In this document: positions 19,696 through 28,599 of the stretch, one piece after another
Layout of the letters: each line of letters starts with the position of its first letter
Position numbering within the stretch: position 1 is the stretch's first letter
Source of the DNA: an uncultured Planctomycetia bacterium
GTDB taxonomy: Bacteria > Planctomycetota > UBA1135 > GCA-002686595
Direction: 5' to 3'
Length of the DNA stretch: 64,000 nucleotides
Assembly (NCBI GenBank): GCA_938003765.1
Contig: CALKYE010000254.1
Span: 29,197-93,196 of the forward strand
The notes under the pieces: model-generated
What the model saw: only the letters and a program-made list of their open reading frames with translations
What the model was told of the DNA's origin: nothing
The model's database searches: none
Made by a program: the position numbers and the translations under genes

Positions 19696-19853
19696 ACTCG
19701 CGACGCGATTCTCTGAACTGGCGCCGACTCTGATCCGACTAGCGATCGCGCGCGCGATCTCGTGCACGCACGCGACGGCGATGGCGCGAACAGCGTGCAC
19801 AGCGTGCGACCCACCACTCCGTCCACGCCCCCCCACTCGAAACGAGCACTTCC

Positions 19854-21674
19854 ATGGCGCACGCCCCGCTTCGCAGCAGTTCCGTGCTGCGCACCGCCAT
19901 CCTCACGGTCTGCACCGCCGCCTCAGCGTTCGCGCAGGTCACGTACACGCCCGCGGAACTCAGTCGCGCGAGCCACGTGCTGCGGCGCATGCAGCACGGA
20001 GCGTCGATCTTCGACTTCCCGAACGTGCTCGCCAACGGCGCGACGACGCAGAACACGAACATCATCAACTACATCCTCGCCAAGACCAGCGCGACACCGA
20101 TCAACGCTGGCGCCGAGGCGAACACGCTCCTGGGCTTCTACCCGTTCCCGATCACGGTGGGGCTGAGCGATCCGGCCGCCATCGGCCACGTTCCGCAGTC
20201 GGGATCCGTCGGTTGGCGCATCCACGAACTCGCCGAGGCCTCGATCGTCCGCGCGGTCTGGTCGGAGGACACGCTCCGCGAGGTGATGACGCGCTTCTGG
20301 CAAGAGCACTTCAACACGCACTGGGGCGTCACGCGCAACTACCTGCGCAGCATGTTCCAGTCGCAGGGCTACGCGAACGCCGACATCCTCGCGCAGGAGT
20401 ACGCCACGTACTTCGAGTGGCAGCAGAACGATCGCTTCCGAGTGAACGCGATGGGCAACTTCAGAGCGTTGCTCGACGCGAGCGCCAAGGGCGCGACGAT
20501 GATGGTCTACCTGGACACGGTGAACAGCCAGGGGCCCACGCCGAATCAGAACTACGCGCGCGAGCTGTTCGAGCTGCACACGATGAGTCCGACTTCGCCG
20601 TTCCCGACGGCGCTGGGCGCCGTGATGCTGCCCAACTACGCGTACTCGGACATTATCGCCGCGGCCGAGATCTTCTCGGGCTGGCGGCTCACGAACACGA
20701 GCACGGCGCCGGCCGCGCCCAACATCGTGTTCTCGTTCCTCCCCACGGTCTGCCCGACCGGCACGACACCGCTCACCGGCCACGTCACGACCTGTCCGAC
20801 GCCGGGTTCGAAGGTGCTGTTCAACGCGTCGTACCTCAATCCCTTCGTAGGCGCGACCGCGCCGATCCCCGAGAATCCGACGGCGCCGACCGAGGGTGAT
20901 CTGCTGCTCGATCACCTCGCCAACAGCCCGGCGACCGCGTACTTCATCTCGACCAAGCTGTATCGACTGCTGGTCAAAGACGTCGAGCCGGCGCCGTTCG
21001 ATCCGCTGCTGATGAACTGCATCACGGCCTGGTACACGCAGCCCGGCGGCAACCTCCAGGCGGTGATCCAGACGCTGCTCGCGTCGAACGAGTTCCTCAA
21101 CGACACGACGGCGCGCTGGACCAACGAGCGCCAGCCGATCGAGGCCGTGGCCCAGACCGTCGACGTGTTCCACGGCATCGGCGTCAATCCGCTCGGCGGA
21201 ACACCGGCGGAGCACAAGGCGCGCATCGCCCGCATCCGCACGCTGATCGAAGAACACGGCGGCCAGTACCTGTTCCGCTACGGCGCCCCGGACGGATTCA
21301 CGCGCGGCGACAGCGAGCTGCTCACCACCTACCGGATGCTCGGCGCGACGAAGCTGCGCCAGGAGCTGTACTCGCTGTTCGGCGCGTTCACCACGAACTA
21401 CCCGAGCGTCTTCTTCGACTACTTCGCGAACCTGCCGTTCATCAACTGGCTCGACGAGTGGTCGATCGTGAACTGGTTCCACTTCGTCGCCTTCACCAAC
21501 GAGCTCAGCGGCGGCGACCAGAACCTCCTGTGGTGGTTCCTGTTCACGGACCTCAACGGAAACGTCGGCAACACGTTGACGACGGACTTCTTGAACAACC
21601 TCCCGGTCTTCATCCAGCGCGTGACGACGGGTCTGTCGTACATCGCTTGCCACCCCCTCAACAACCTGAAGTGA
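19854..21674 (+). CDS. DUF1800 family protein
   Basis: Signal peptide. FWQEHFNTHW and NYARELFELHTMS are DUF1800 hallmarks. Classic pairing with the downstream DUF1501 gene. Confidence 0.85.
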   Translation: MAHAPLRSSSVLRTAILTVCTAASAFAQVTYTPAELSRASHVLRRMQHGASIFDFPNVLANGATTQNTNIINYILAKTSATPINAGAEANTLLGFYPFPITVGLSDPAAIGHVPQSGSVGWRIHELAEASIVRAVWSEDTLREVMTRFWQEHFNTHWGVTRNYLRSMFQSQGYANADILAQEYATYFEWQQNDRFRVNAMGNFRALLDASAKGATMMVYLDTVNSQGPTPNQNYARELFELHTMSPTSPFPTALGAVMLPNYAYSDIIAAAEIFSGWRLTNTSTAPAAPNIVFSFLPTVCPTGTTPLTGHVTTCPTPGSKVLFNASYLNPFVGATAPIPENPTAPTEGDLLLDHLANSPATAYFISTKLYRLLVKDVEPAPFDPLLMNCITAWYTQPGGNLQAVIQTLLASNEFLNDTTARWTNERQPIEAVAQTVDVFHGIGVNPLGGTPAEHKARIARIRTLIEEHGGQYLFRYGAPDGFTRGDSELLTTYRMLGATKLRQELYSLFGAFTTNYPSVFFDYFANLPFINWLDEWSIVNWFHFVAFTNELSGGDQNLLWWFLFTDLNGNVGNTLTTDFLNNLPVFIQRVTTGLSYIACHPLNNLK

Positions 21675-21684
21675 GCGCAGTCCC

Positions 21685-23250
21685 ATGCAACAGCCCAATC
21701 GATTCAACCGTCGCGCTGCGCTCAAAGCCGGCCTTGCTGGAGGTTTGGCCGCCGCGCTGGTCCGCACCTCGATCGGCGCCGCGCCGACGTGGATGGCGGG
21801 TTCGCCGCACAAGCTCCTGACCATCTTCCTGCGCGGGGGCTACGACGCGAACAGCGCCGTCATTCCCCACGGCGATCCGACGTACACGCTGGCCAACCGC
21901 GGAAGCACGTTCATTCCCCAGGCCAACTCGATCGCGGTGGGCGGCCTCAATCCGCTCTCGATGGGGCTCAACCCCGCGATGGCGCCGATCGCGCCGCTCG
22001 TCAACGCCGCGATGCCGCGCATGGTGTTCCTCCACGCGACGGGCAATCCCGCTCGCACGGGTTCGCACTTCGACGATCAGCGCACCTGGGAGACGGCCAC
22101 CACGCAGTGCAACATTCCGCCGCTGTTCGACATCGAAGAGGGCTGGATCACGCGCGTGGTCAGCCAGATCTTCGGCGTCGGGTTCCACGCGGCGAGCGTG
22201 TCCGAGTCCATGCAGCAGATGTACCGGACCCGGCTCGCGCCCAACAACACGTTCACGCCGGCTCGCGTGCTGCCGCACATCCGCGCGCTGAAGGACTACC
22301 CCGGCGACTCCGTGAACCAGTTCACGCTCGAGACGATCTTCCCGACGCTCGACTCCAAGCTGGTCGGGAACGCGGCTCCGCCTTCGGGCCTGCGCGCCCT
22401 GTTCTCGGGCGGCGCCGGCAAGGACGCCTTCGCGCGCGCGGTGGGGAGTCAGATGGTGGAGAGCGCCGAGTCCGTCGAGCAGGCGCTCGCCACGCTCACG
22501 CCTCCGGGCGTGTACACGCCGCTGGGCGGCGCGCTCTATCCGTTCGGGAAGCCGCCGGGAACCGTGAACCCGTACCCCACGCCCGCGAACGCCGGTTTGC
22601 TCTTGGACATCGACCCGATCCGTCGCTTCTTCATGAACCTGCGCGACGCGATGACGCTCCTGCGGCACGTGCCCGACGTCAACGTGGCCGGGATCGAGAT
22701 CGGCGGCTTCGACACGCACTCCAATCAGGGCGGGTGGAACTCGACGACCAACATGATCGAAGGTCCGCTCGCGGGTCTGCTCAACGCGGTCGCGTTCGGC
22801 ATCGCCTCGGTCGACGCGGAAGCGAGCGCCGGCGGGTTCGGAGCGGGCGGGAGCATCACGGTGCTCGTCGTCAGTGAGTTCGGCCGCACGTCGGCGGCGA
22901 ACACGTCCCAGGGCACCGACCACGGCGGCGCGAGCTGCGTGTGGGTCGGGAACTTCGGGAGCGGCCTGACCCGCGTCAGGACCTCGCTCACCAGCGGCGC
23001 CGTGTTCAACACCGCGCCGGCGGAGTGGCCGGGCCTGTTCTCGGCCAACGACCAGACCTTCGGTTGCCCCGGCAATCCGAGCTCGCCCGCGCCCTATCCG
23101 TTCATGAACATCGCGACGGACTTCCGCGCGGTGTACGGGCGGATCCTGCGGACGCTGTACGGCGCGACCACGCCGCAGCTCGATCAGGTCATCCCGGGCT
23201 ACTCGTCACTCTCGGGCCCGACCGCCGTCGAGCCGGTGTTCATCGTCTGA
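21685..23250 (+). CDS. DUF1501 family (sulfatase-like) protein with a Tat-type signal
   Basis: NRRAALKAGLAGGLAA, FLRGGYDANS, GGFDTHSNQGG, SEFGRT, GTDHGGAS. Confidence 0.85.
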   Translation: MQQPNRFNRRAALKAGLAGGLAAALVRTSIGAAPTWMAGSPHKLLTIFLRGGYDANSAVIPHGDPTYTLANRGSTFIPQANSIAVGGLNPLSMGLNPAMAPIAPLVNAAMPRMVFLHATGNPARTGSHFDDQRTWETATTQCNIPPLFDIEEGWITRVVSQIFGVGFHAASVSESMQQMYRTRLAPNNTFTPARVLPHIRALKDYPGDSVNQFTLETIFPTLDSKLVGNAAPPSGLRALFSGGAGKDAFARAVGSQMVESAESVEQALATLTPPGVYTPLGGALYPFGKPPGTVNPYPTPANAGLLLDIDPIRRFFMNLRDAMTLLRHVPDVNVAGIEIGGFDTHSNQGGWNSTTNMIEGPLAGLLNAVAFGIASVDAEASAGGFGAGGSITVLVVSEFGRTSAANTSQGTDHGGASCVWVGNFGSGLTRVRTSLTSGAVFNTAPAEWPGLFSANDQTFGCPGNPSSPAPYPFMNIATDFRAVYGRILRTLYGATTPQLDQVIPGYSSLSGPTAVEPVFIV

Positions 23251-23268
23251 GTCGTCGAGCAGAGTTCC

Positions 23269-23316
23269 CCGCGGGGCGCGTTCGGAGCGATCGCTCGCTC
23301 CGGGCGCGCCCCGCGG
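23269..23316 (+). terminator. Compound hairpin 19 nt after the DUF1501 stop
   Basis: 12-bp stem CCGCGGGGCGCG/CGCGCCCCGCGG enclosing the perfect 12-bp palindrome GAGCGATCGCTC. No U-tract. Confidence 0.4.
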
Positions 23317-23845
23317 CGCTGATCGGGCGCACGTCCCGGACTCACCGCGCGCAGAGTTCGCCGCGCTCGGGGCCGAGCCGCTGCGACGACTGTCGCCCGC
23401 CGCGAGATCGACCGGACTCATCACGCGCACATGTCCGACGAGCGGCCGGGTGACTCGGACGTGGTCGAGCTGGAGCACGACGCGCTAGTGATCGCGATCC
23501 GTGCCGTTGCGAGCCTCGTCGCACTGCTCGTGCTGTTCGCGCTGCGCCGCCGCAACGGCTGTGGAGAGCGACGATGGGCTGCGCAGGAGGGCTTCGTCCG
23601 TCGCGAGGCGCGCGTTCGAGGACTCTGGACGCGCCGCGCGAGCTCAGGGTGCGAAGACTCTTCCGAGCTCGAGGGGGCGAGCCGCGACGAAAGGCTGACT
23701 CTTCGCGCCTCGCGGGATTGCGCATTTGCCCCTACCATCGGAACGCTCGAGGCTCGACTGCGGGCGCCAGGGATGCGCCGCAGTGGCCGGCCCTCGCTCG
23801 CCGTTGTTGCGGCCTTCCACTGAACCCGACGGATCGACTCTCTCC

Positions 23846-25762
23846 ATGCGACTCAGCGCCCGCCATCTGGCTCCTTTCATCGCGCTCTCGTGCGCGTCCT
23901 CGCTCGCGGCCCAGTCCACCGCTCTCGTGAGCGCCACGGGCGTAGGAGGCCCCGGCAACGGCCGGTCCTGGCTCAGCCCGACGGGCTCGGCGGTCACGCC
24001 CGACGGCCGGTGGGTCGTGTTCCACAGCGACGCGAGCAATCTGACGAACACGAACTCGCCCGGTCAGACGGACGTGTACATCCGCGACCTCACCAGCGGT
24101 GGGACCGAGCGCATCAGCGTAGGAGGCGCCGGCGGCGAGCCCAACGGCCCGAGCACGAACGGCTCGGTCTCGAACGACGGGCGCTACGTGGTGTTCCAGA
24201 GCGAGGCGCAGAACCTCGCCGTCGGCGACACCAACCTGTCGAGCGACATCTTCTTGCGCGACCGTCAGCTCGGCATCACCACCATCATCAGCGTCAGCAC
24301 GGGCGGCTCGATCGGCAACGCCGCCAGCTTCAATCCGGTCATCTCCGGCGACGGCCTGTTCATCGCCTACGCGAGCGCCGCGTCGAACCTGATCCTGAAC
24401 GACCCCAACGGGAAGGTCGACGTGTTCGTGCGCAACCTCGCCACGGGCCAGACCCGCATGGTGACCGTGTTGAGCGGCGGCGCGGACGGCGACAGCGATC
24501 AGCCCACGATCTCCGGCGACGGCCGCTTCATCGCCTTCCGCAGCGCAGCGACGAACCTCGTCGCGGGCGACCTCGGCGGCTTCAACGACATCTTCGTGCG
24601 CGACATGACCGGCACGAGCTTCGAACTCGTCAGCGTGTCGACCCTCGGCGCCCAGGCCGACGGGCCGAGCGACTTGCCGAGCATCTCCGCGGACGGCTCG
24701 CGCATCGTGTTCACCAGCACGGCTGCGAACCTCGCGATTCCGGGCGCTCCCACGCTGAACGTGCACCTGCGCGATCGCAACGCGGGCTCGACCACGCTCT
24801 TGAACGTCGGACCTTCCGGGGTCTCCAACCTGGCCGCGACGCGGCCGCGCATCTCGAAGAACGGCGAGTACGTCTCGTTCCTCTCGCAGTCGAACAACCT
24901 GACCCCCGGGCACAGCGGCGCCGCGACCGACGCGTTCGCGCTGCAGCTCTCGACCGGCGTGATCCAGCGCGCGAGCCCGCCGATCACCCCGGAGCCCTCC
25001 GAGCCCAACTCGAACATCCTCGAGAACGGCGGCATCAGCGACGACGGACGCTTCATCGCCTTCTCGACTCCGGCGAGCAACCTGGTGGCGGGGGACGCGG
25101 GCAGCCTCGAGGACGTGTTCGCGCGCGATCAGTTGCGCGACTGGTTCATCGACGTCGACGCGGATCAGTACGGCGACGTGACCACTCTGCTCACCGCGAG
25201 CTTCCGCCCGTCGGGCTACATCAGCGTCGGCGGCGACTGCGACGACGCCAACCCCGCGGTCAACCCGGGCGCCACGGAGGTCTGCAACGGGATCGACGAC
25301 AACTGCGACGGCGTGATCGACGAGGTCGCGTGGCAGTCGTACTGCGGCACGGCCACCAGCCAGCGCGGTTGCCGTCCGAGCCTGAGCGCCGTCGGCTTCC
25401 CGAGCGCGAGCGCGGCTTCCGGCTTCACGCTGCGCATGAGCGGCGTCGACGGCCTGCGCCCGTGCTCGATGATCCACGGCTTCTCCTCGTCCGCGGTCGC
25501 GTGGGCGCTCGGCAGCACGAGCGTGCGCTGCGTCTCGTTCCCCTGGACGCGCGTGAACACGTCGCTCTCGAGCGGCACGCCGGGCCAGTGCGACGGCGAG
25601 TACTCGATCGACTGGCTCGCCTTCATGGCCGCCAACCCCGGCGCGATGGGCAACCCCCTCACGGCGGGCGCGACCTTCTACGTGCAGGGCTGGTTCCGCG
25701 ACCCGGGCGCGCCGAAGAACTCGAACCTCGCCAACGCGGTGCAGTTCACGCTGTGCCCGTGA
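23846..25762 (+). CDS. Secreted seven-blade PD40/TolB-like propeller protein with a MopE-like Cys/Asp motif and the shared C-terminal module
   Basis: ATG 23846 gives the signal peptide MRLSARHLAPFIALSCASSLAAQ. Seven units of type SxDGRFIAFxSxAxNLVxGDxNxxxDVFVRD. Then GGDCDDANPAVNPGATEVCNGIDDNCDGVIDE. C-terminus ...GQCDGEYSIDW...YVQGWFRDP...FTLCP. Confidence 0.85.
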   Translation: MRLSARHLAPFIALSCASSLAAQSTALVSATGVGGPGNGRSWLSPTGSAVTPDGRWVVFHSDASNLTNTNSPGQTDVYIRDLTSGGTERISVGGAGGEPNGPSTNGSVSNDGRYVVFQSEAQNLAVGDTNLSSDIFLRDRQLGITTIISVSTGGSIGNAASFNPVISGDGLFIAYASAASNLILNDPNGKVDVFVRNLATGQTRMVTVLSGGADGDSDQPTISGDGRFIAFRSAATNLVAGDLGGFNDIFVRDMTGTSFELVSVSTLGAQADGPSDLPSISADGSRIVFTSTAANLAIPGAPTLNVHLRDRNAGSTTLLNVGPSGVSNLAATRPRISKNGEYVSFLSQSNNLTPGHSGAATDAFALQLSTGVIQRASPPITPEPSEPNSNILENGGISDDGRFIAFSTPASNLVAGDAGSLEDVFARDQLRDWFIDVDADQYGDVTTLLTASFRPSGYISVGGDCDDANPAVNPGATEVCNGIDDNCDGVIDEVAWQSYCGTATSQRGCRPSLSAVGFPSASAASGFTLRMSGVDGLRPCSMIHGFSSSAVAWALGSTSVRCVSFPWTRVNTSLSSGTPGQCDGEYSIDWLAFMAANPGAMGNPLTAGATFYVQGWFRDPGAPKNSNLANAVQFTLCP

Positions 25763-25792
25763 TCGGACGCGGCTAGAGCGTCGAGCCAAAGC

Positions 25793-25837
25793 AACAGCCC
25801 CGGGCCCGTTCGCAGCGCGACGGGACCCGGGGCTGTT
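25793..25837. terminator. Bidirectional terminator-like hairpin between convergent genes
   Basis: 17-bp GC-rich stem (AACAGCCCCGGGCCCGT / ACGGGACCCGGGGCTGTT, one bulged A) with a 10-nt loop. Verified base by base. Confidence 0.6.
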
Positions 25838-25917
25838 GTCGTTCACCGCTCGTGCGCGGCCGGGTTCAGAGGGACCGCGGGCCGCGCCTGCGTCGAGGGT
25901 TGCGCGTCACACCGCTT

Positions 25918-28599
25918 TCAGCGGTAGACGAGCCGCACGCCGGGCGTCAGCGACGAGCTACGGCATGCGAGCGGGTCGCGAAACCACGCTTGCACTTCGA
26001 CCACTGCGCCTGCGACCCACGGGCTTCCGAGCGAGCCTGGTGTGGCGAGCTGGTACGCGCTCCAGTCGAGCGTGAGAGCGCCGTCGCACTGGCCAGTCGC
26101 GCCGCCTGAGTCCTGAGCGGGCAGTCGCTGGCGCGCTCCACTCACGCACAATCGAGCTGAGCCGTTCGCGCACCAAGGCTGATTCATCGCTCCGTTCACG
26201 CCGTAGAAGAAGAGCCCCGTGCGCTGGGCATCAATGTGATCCGCGTGGAGTTCGCAGACTGTCGAGTGGTCCACACTCGGGTGCGCCGTCGCCCAAATGC
26301 GCGAGTCGCACCCGTTCGTTGCGCTCGGAGCCTGCGGCGTGCAGAAGCTCTCGGGCCGCGCCGTGCTCCAGTGTGCGACGTAGCTGTCGCCGGCTGGACT
26401 GACGGCGAAGCTGCCGACCACGTAGATGCCTTCGTCTCCAGGTCGACTCGACCAAGCCAACTCGAAGAGTTCCACGTCGAGGCCAGCTCCCAGAGGTGTC
26501 CACGCGCCGTTGGACCAGCGCGCCAGTCTTCGCGCGGGTTGTCCGCCTGCGATCTGGAAGTTGCCCGCTGCGTAGAGTCCGCAGTCGGCCCCGCCCGCGG
26601 CGGAGGCCAGCGCGTTCACAGGTCCGGAGATCCCCACTCCGAGCGCATGCCACTGAGCGCCATCCCACTTCGCGATCCCTGGCGCCAGGATGTTCCCCGC
26701 GACGTTGAAACGCCCTCCGACGTACAGCGCCGGTCCACTCCCGTCGTCGTGGGTCACCAGCGCGTTCGCGGGCAGATCTGTTCCGCCTCCAACGGAGTTC
26801 CACGCCGTTCCGTCCCAGCGGGCGATGTATCGGACGGTCGGGCTTCCGACGACGCTGAAGTCGCCGCTCGCATACAGCTCGGGGCCCGCCCCGCTGTCGA
26901 AGAATGCCAGTCCTCTGGGCCACCCCCCGAGTCCACTCCCGACTTGCGCCCAGCTCGCGCCGGTCCAGCGAGCGAGGTTGAAGACCAGGCCCGACGACGC
27001 CTGATTGAATGGACCGCTGACGAAGAGCTGCGCGCCGGCCCCGGCGCCTCGTGACGCGACGCGGTACACCGTGTTGTTCAGCCCCGCGGTCATGTCCACC
27101 CACACGGCGCCGTCCCAACGCGCTACGCGACTCGGATTCGTCGCGCCGGGCAACGTGAACGTCCCGACCGCGATCAGTTCCTCATGAATCGCGGGGTGAA
27201 AGGACCCGAGGTCGATCACGGAGCCCGTCAGCGCGCCGCCGACGTTGGACCACGCTTGGCCATCCCAGCGCGCGAGCGAGCCGAGTGCGATCCCTCCCGG
27301 GGCCATGGCGCCTCCGCCGAAGTAGAGCCCCGCCGCAGGCCCACTCTCGATCGAGTGCGCCGCACCCACGGCCCGAGTGAAGCCCGGCGAGATGGGCTCG
27401 AAGGAGCCGTTGCGAGAACGCGCCAGATTGTTCGTGAGGGCGCTCCCGGCTCTGTCGAAGCGCCCGCCGATGAAGAACTGCGAGCCGCTCCCGTCGTCGA
27501 ACGCGCAAGCGGTCGACACGAAGCTGCTCAACGTTGGTGCGACTCCACCGCCGACGCCGCTCCAATTCACGCCGTCCCACCTGGCGATGCCATGCGCCCC
27601 CCCGCTGCTCGGTGCGCTGAGCGCGCCACAAGCGAACAAGACGGGCCCGCTGCCATCGTCAAGGACAACCAGCTCGGACACGCCGCCGGCCAGGCCCAGA
27701 GATCCGACACTGACCCACTGAGACCCGTTCCACTTCGCGACGGATGAAGGCGGGCTCACCGAGAAGAATCCGATGCCTGACCCTGCGTAGAGCGCTTCCC
27801 CTGAGCCGTCGTCGAAGATCGCCAGTGACGAAACGCCGCCGCCAAGCCCGGCGCCGAAGGCAGACCATGACTGCCCGTCCCAACGAGCGACGTTGTTGGC
27901 GGCCACACCGCCCGCGGAGCTGAAGTCGCCGCCGACGATGAGGTGCTCGACGCCCGCCACGGTCTGCGTCGCCAAGGACGTCACACGTGCGCCCACGACT
28001 CCGCCGCCGACATCGACCCAGGCTTGACCGTCCCACAGCGCAACTCGTCCGAGGGGAACGGACCCAGATGCTTGGAACTCTCCGCCGGCGAAGAAGCCGG
28101 GGCCTGAAGTGCGACGGGCGAGCGCGACGACGGAGCCGTTCAAGCCTGCGCCGAGGGCGCGCCATGACGATCCGGTCCAGCTCGCTACGTTGTTGGCTGA
28201 CGTTCCGCCAGCAGAGCTGAAGCTCCCGCCGATCACCAGTTCTCGGCCCGCGCCCGTGTCAACGCTCAGCAGCGGCGCGCCGCCCGCTGACTGCAGGCTC
28301 AGGCCCGACCCGAGCGGGGACCAGCCCTCACCGTTCCACTTGGCGATGCATGCTGCCGGCGTGGCGCCAGCCGTGGAGAACAAGCCGCTCACGAACAGCG
28401 CCGGCCCCGACCCATCATCGTGGACCGCGAAGTCGAGCACCACGGCTGAATCTCCCGGAGCGCTCACGACCCCGGACTGCGGTCCGCGGAACGGACGCCA
28501 GTCCAGCCCGGCCGGGTCGTTCGCTCGCGCCGCCAGGCCGAGGCACGCGAGCAGCGCGAGCGTGCGAATCACGGGCGGCGAGCCGCAGCGCGACTTCAT
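25918..28599 (-). CDS. Secreted beta-propeller-like repeat protein (paralogue of 3..2423) with the shared C-terminal module
   Basis: Signal peptide. About 13 repeats of DDGSGxALYxGGxFxxAGGxxAxxIAxWDGxxWxxLGxG. C-terminus GLFFYGV...ARLCVSGARQRL...GQCDGALTLDW...VQAWFRDP. Confidence 0.85.
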   Translation of the reverse strand: MKSRCGSPPVIRTLALLACLGLAARANDPAGLDWRPFRGPQSGVVSAPGDSAVVLDFAVHDDGSGPALFVSGLFSTAGATPAACIAKWNGEGWSPLGSGLSLQSAGGAPLLSVDTGAGRELVIGGSFSSAGGTSANNVASWTGSSWRALGAGLNGSVVALARRTSGPGFFAGGEFQASGSVPLGRVALWDGQAWVDVGGGVVGARVTSLATQTVAGVEHLIVGGDFSSAGGVAANNVARWDGQSWSAFGAGLGGGVSSLAIFDDGSGEALYAGSGIGFFSVSPPSSVAKWNGSQWVSVGSLGLAGGVSELVVLDDGSGPVLFACGALSAPSSGGAHGIARWDGVNWSGVGGGVAPTLSSFVSTACAFDDGSGSQFFIGGRFDRAGSALTNNLARSRNGSFEPISPGFTRAVGAAHSIESGPAAGLYFGGGAMAPGGIALGSLARWDGQAWSNVGGALTGSVIDLGSFHPAIHEELIAVGTFTLPGATNPSRVARWDGAVWVDMTAGLNNTVYRVASRGAGAGAQLFVSGPFNQASSGLVFNLARWTGASWAQVGSGLGGWPRGLAFFDSGAGPELYASGDFSVVGSPTVRYIARWDGTAWNSVGGGTDLPANALVTHDDGSGPALYVGGRFNVAGNILAPGIAKWDGAQWHALGVGISGPVNALASAAGGADCGLYAAGNFQIAGGQPARRLARWSNGAWTPLGAGLDVELFELAWSSRPGDEGIYVVGSFAVSPAGDSYVAHWSTARPESFCTPQAPSATNGCDSRIWATAHPSVDHSTVCELHADHIDAQRTGLFFYGVNGAMNQPWCANGSARLCVSGARQRLPAQDSGGATGQCDGALTLDWSAYQLATPGSLGSPWVAGAVVEVQAWFRDPLACRSSSLTPGVRLVYR

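Noticed and set aside
23835-23848. Pyrimidine-rich (T)CTCC or TCC directly abutting the ATG of several genes, considered as a shared translation-initiation or leader motif. Instances: 23846, 29897(-), 31105, 19854, 19618(-), and CTCTCC near 10397.
   Set aside because: It is too short to distinguish from chance without genome-wide statistics. Other genes in the window use ordinary GGAGG-type SD sequences.
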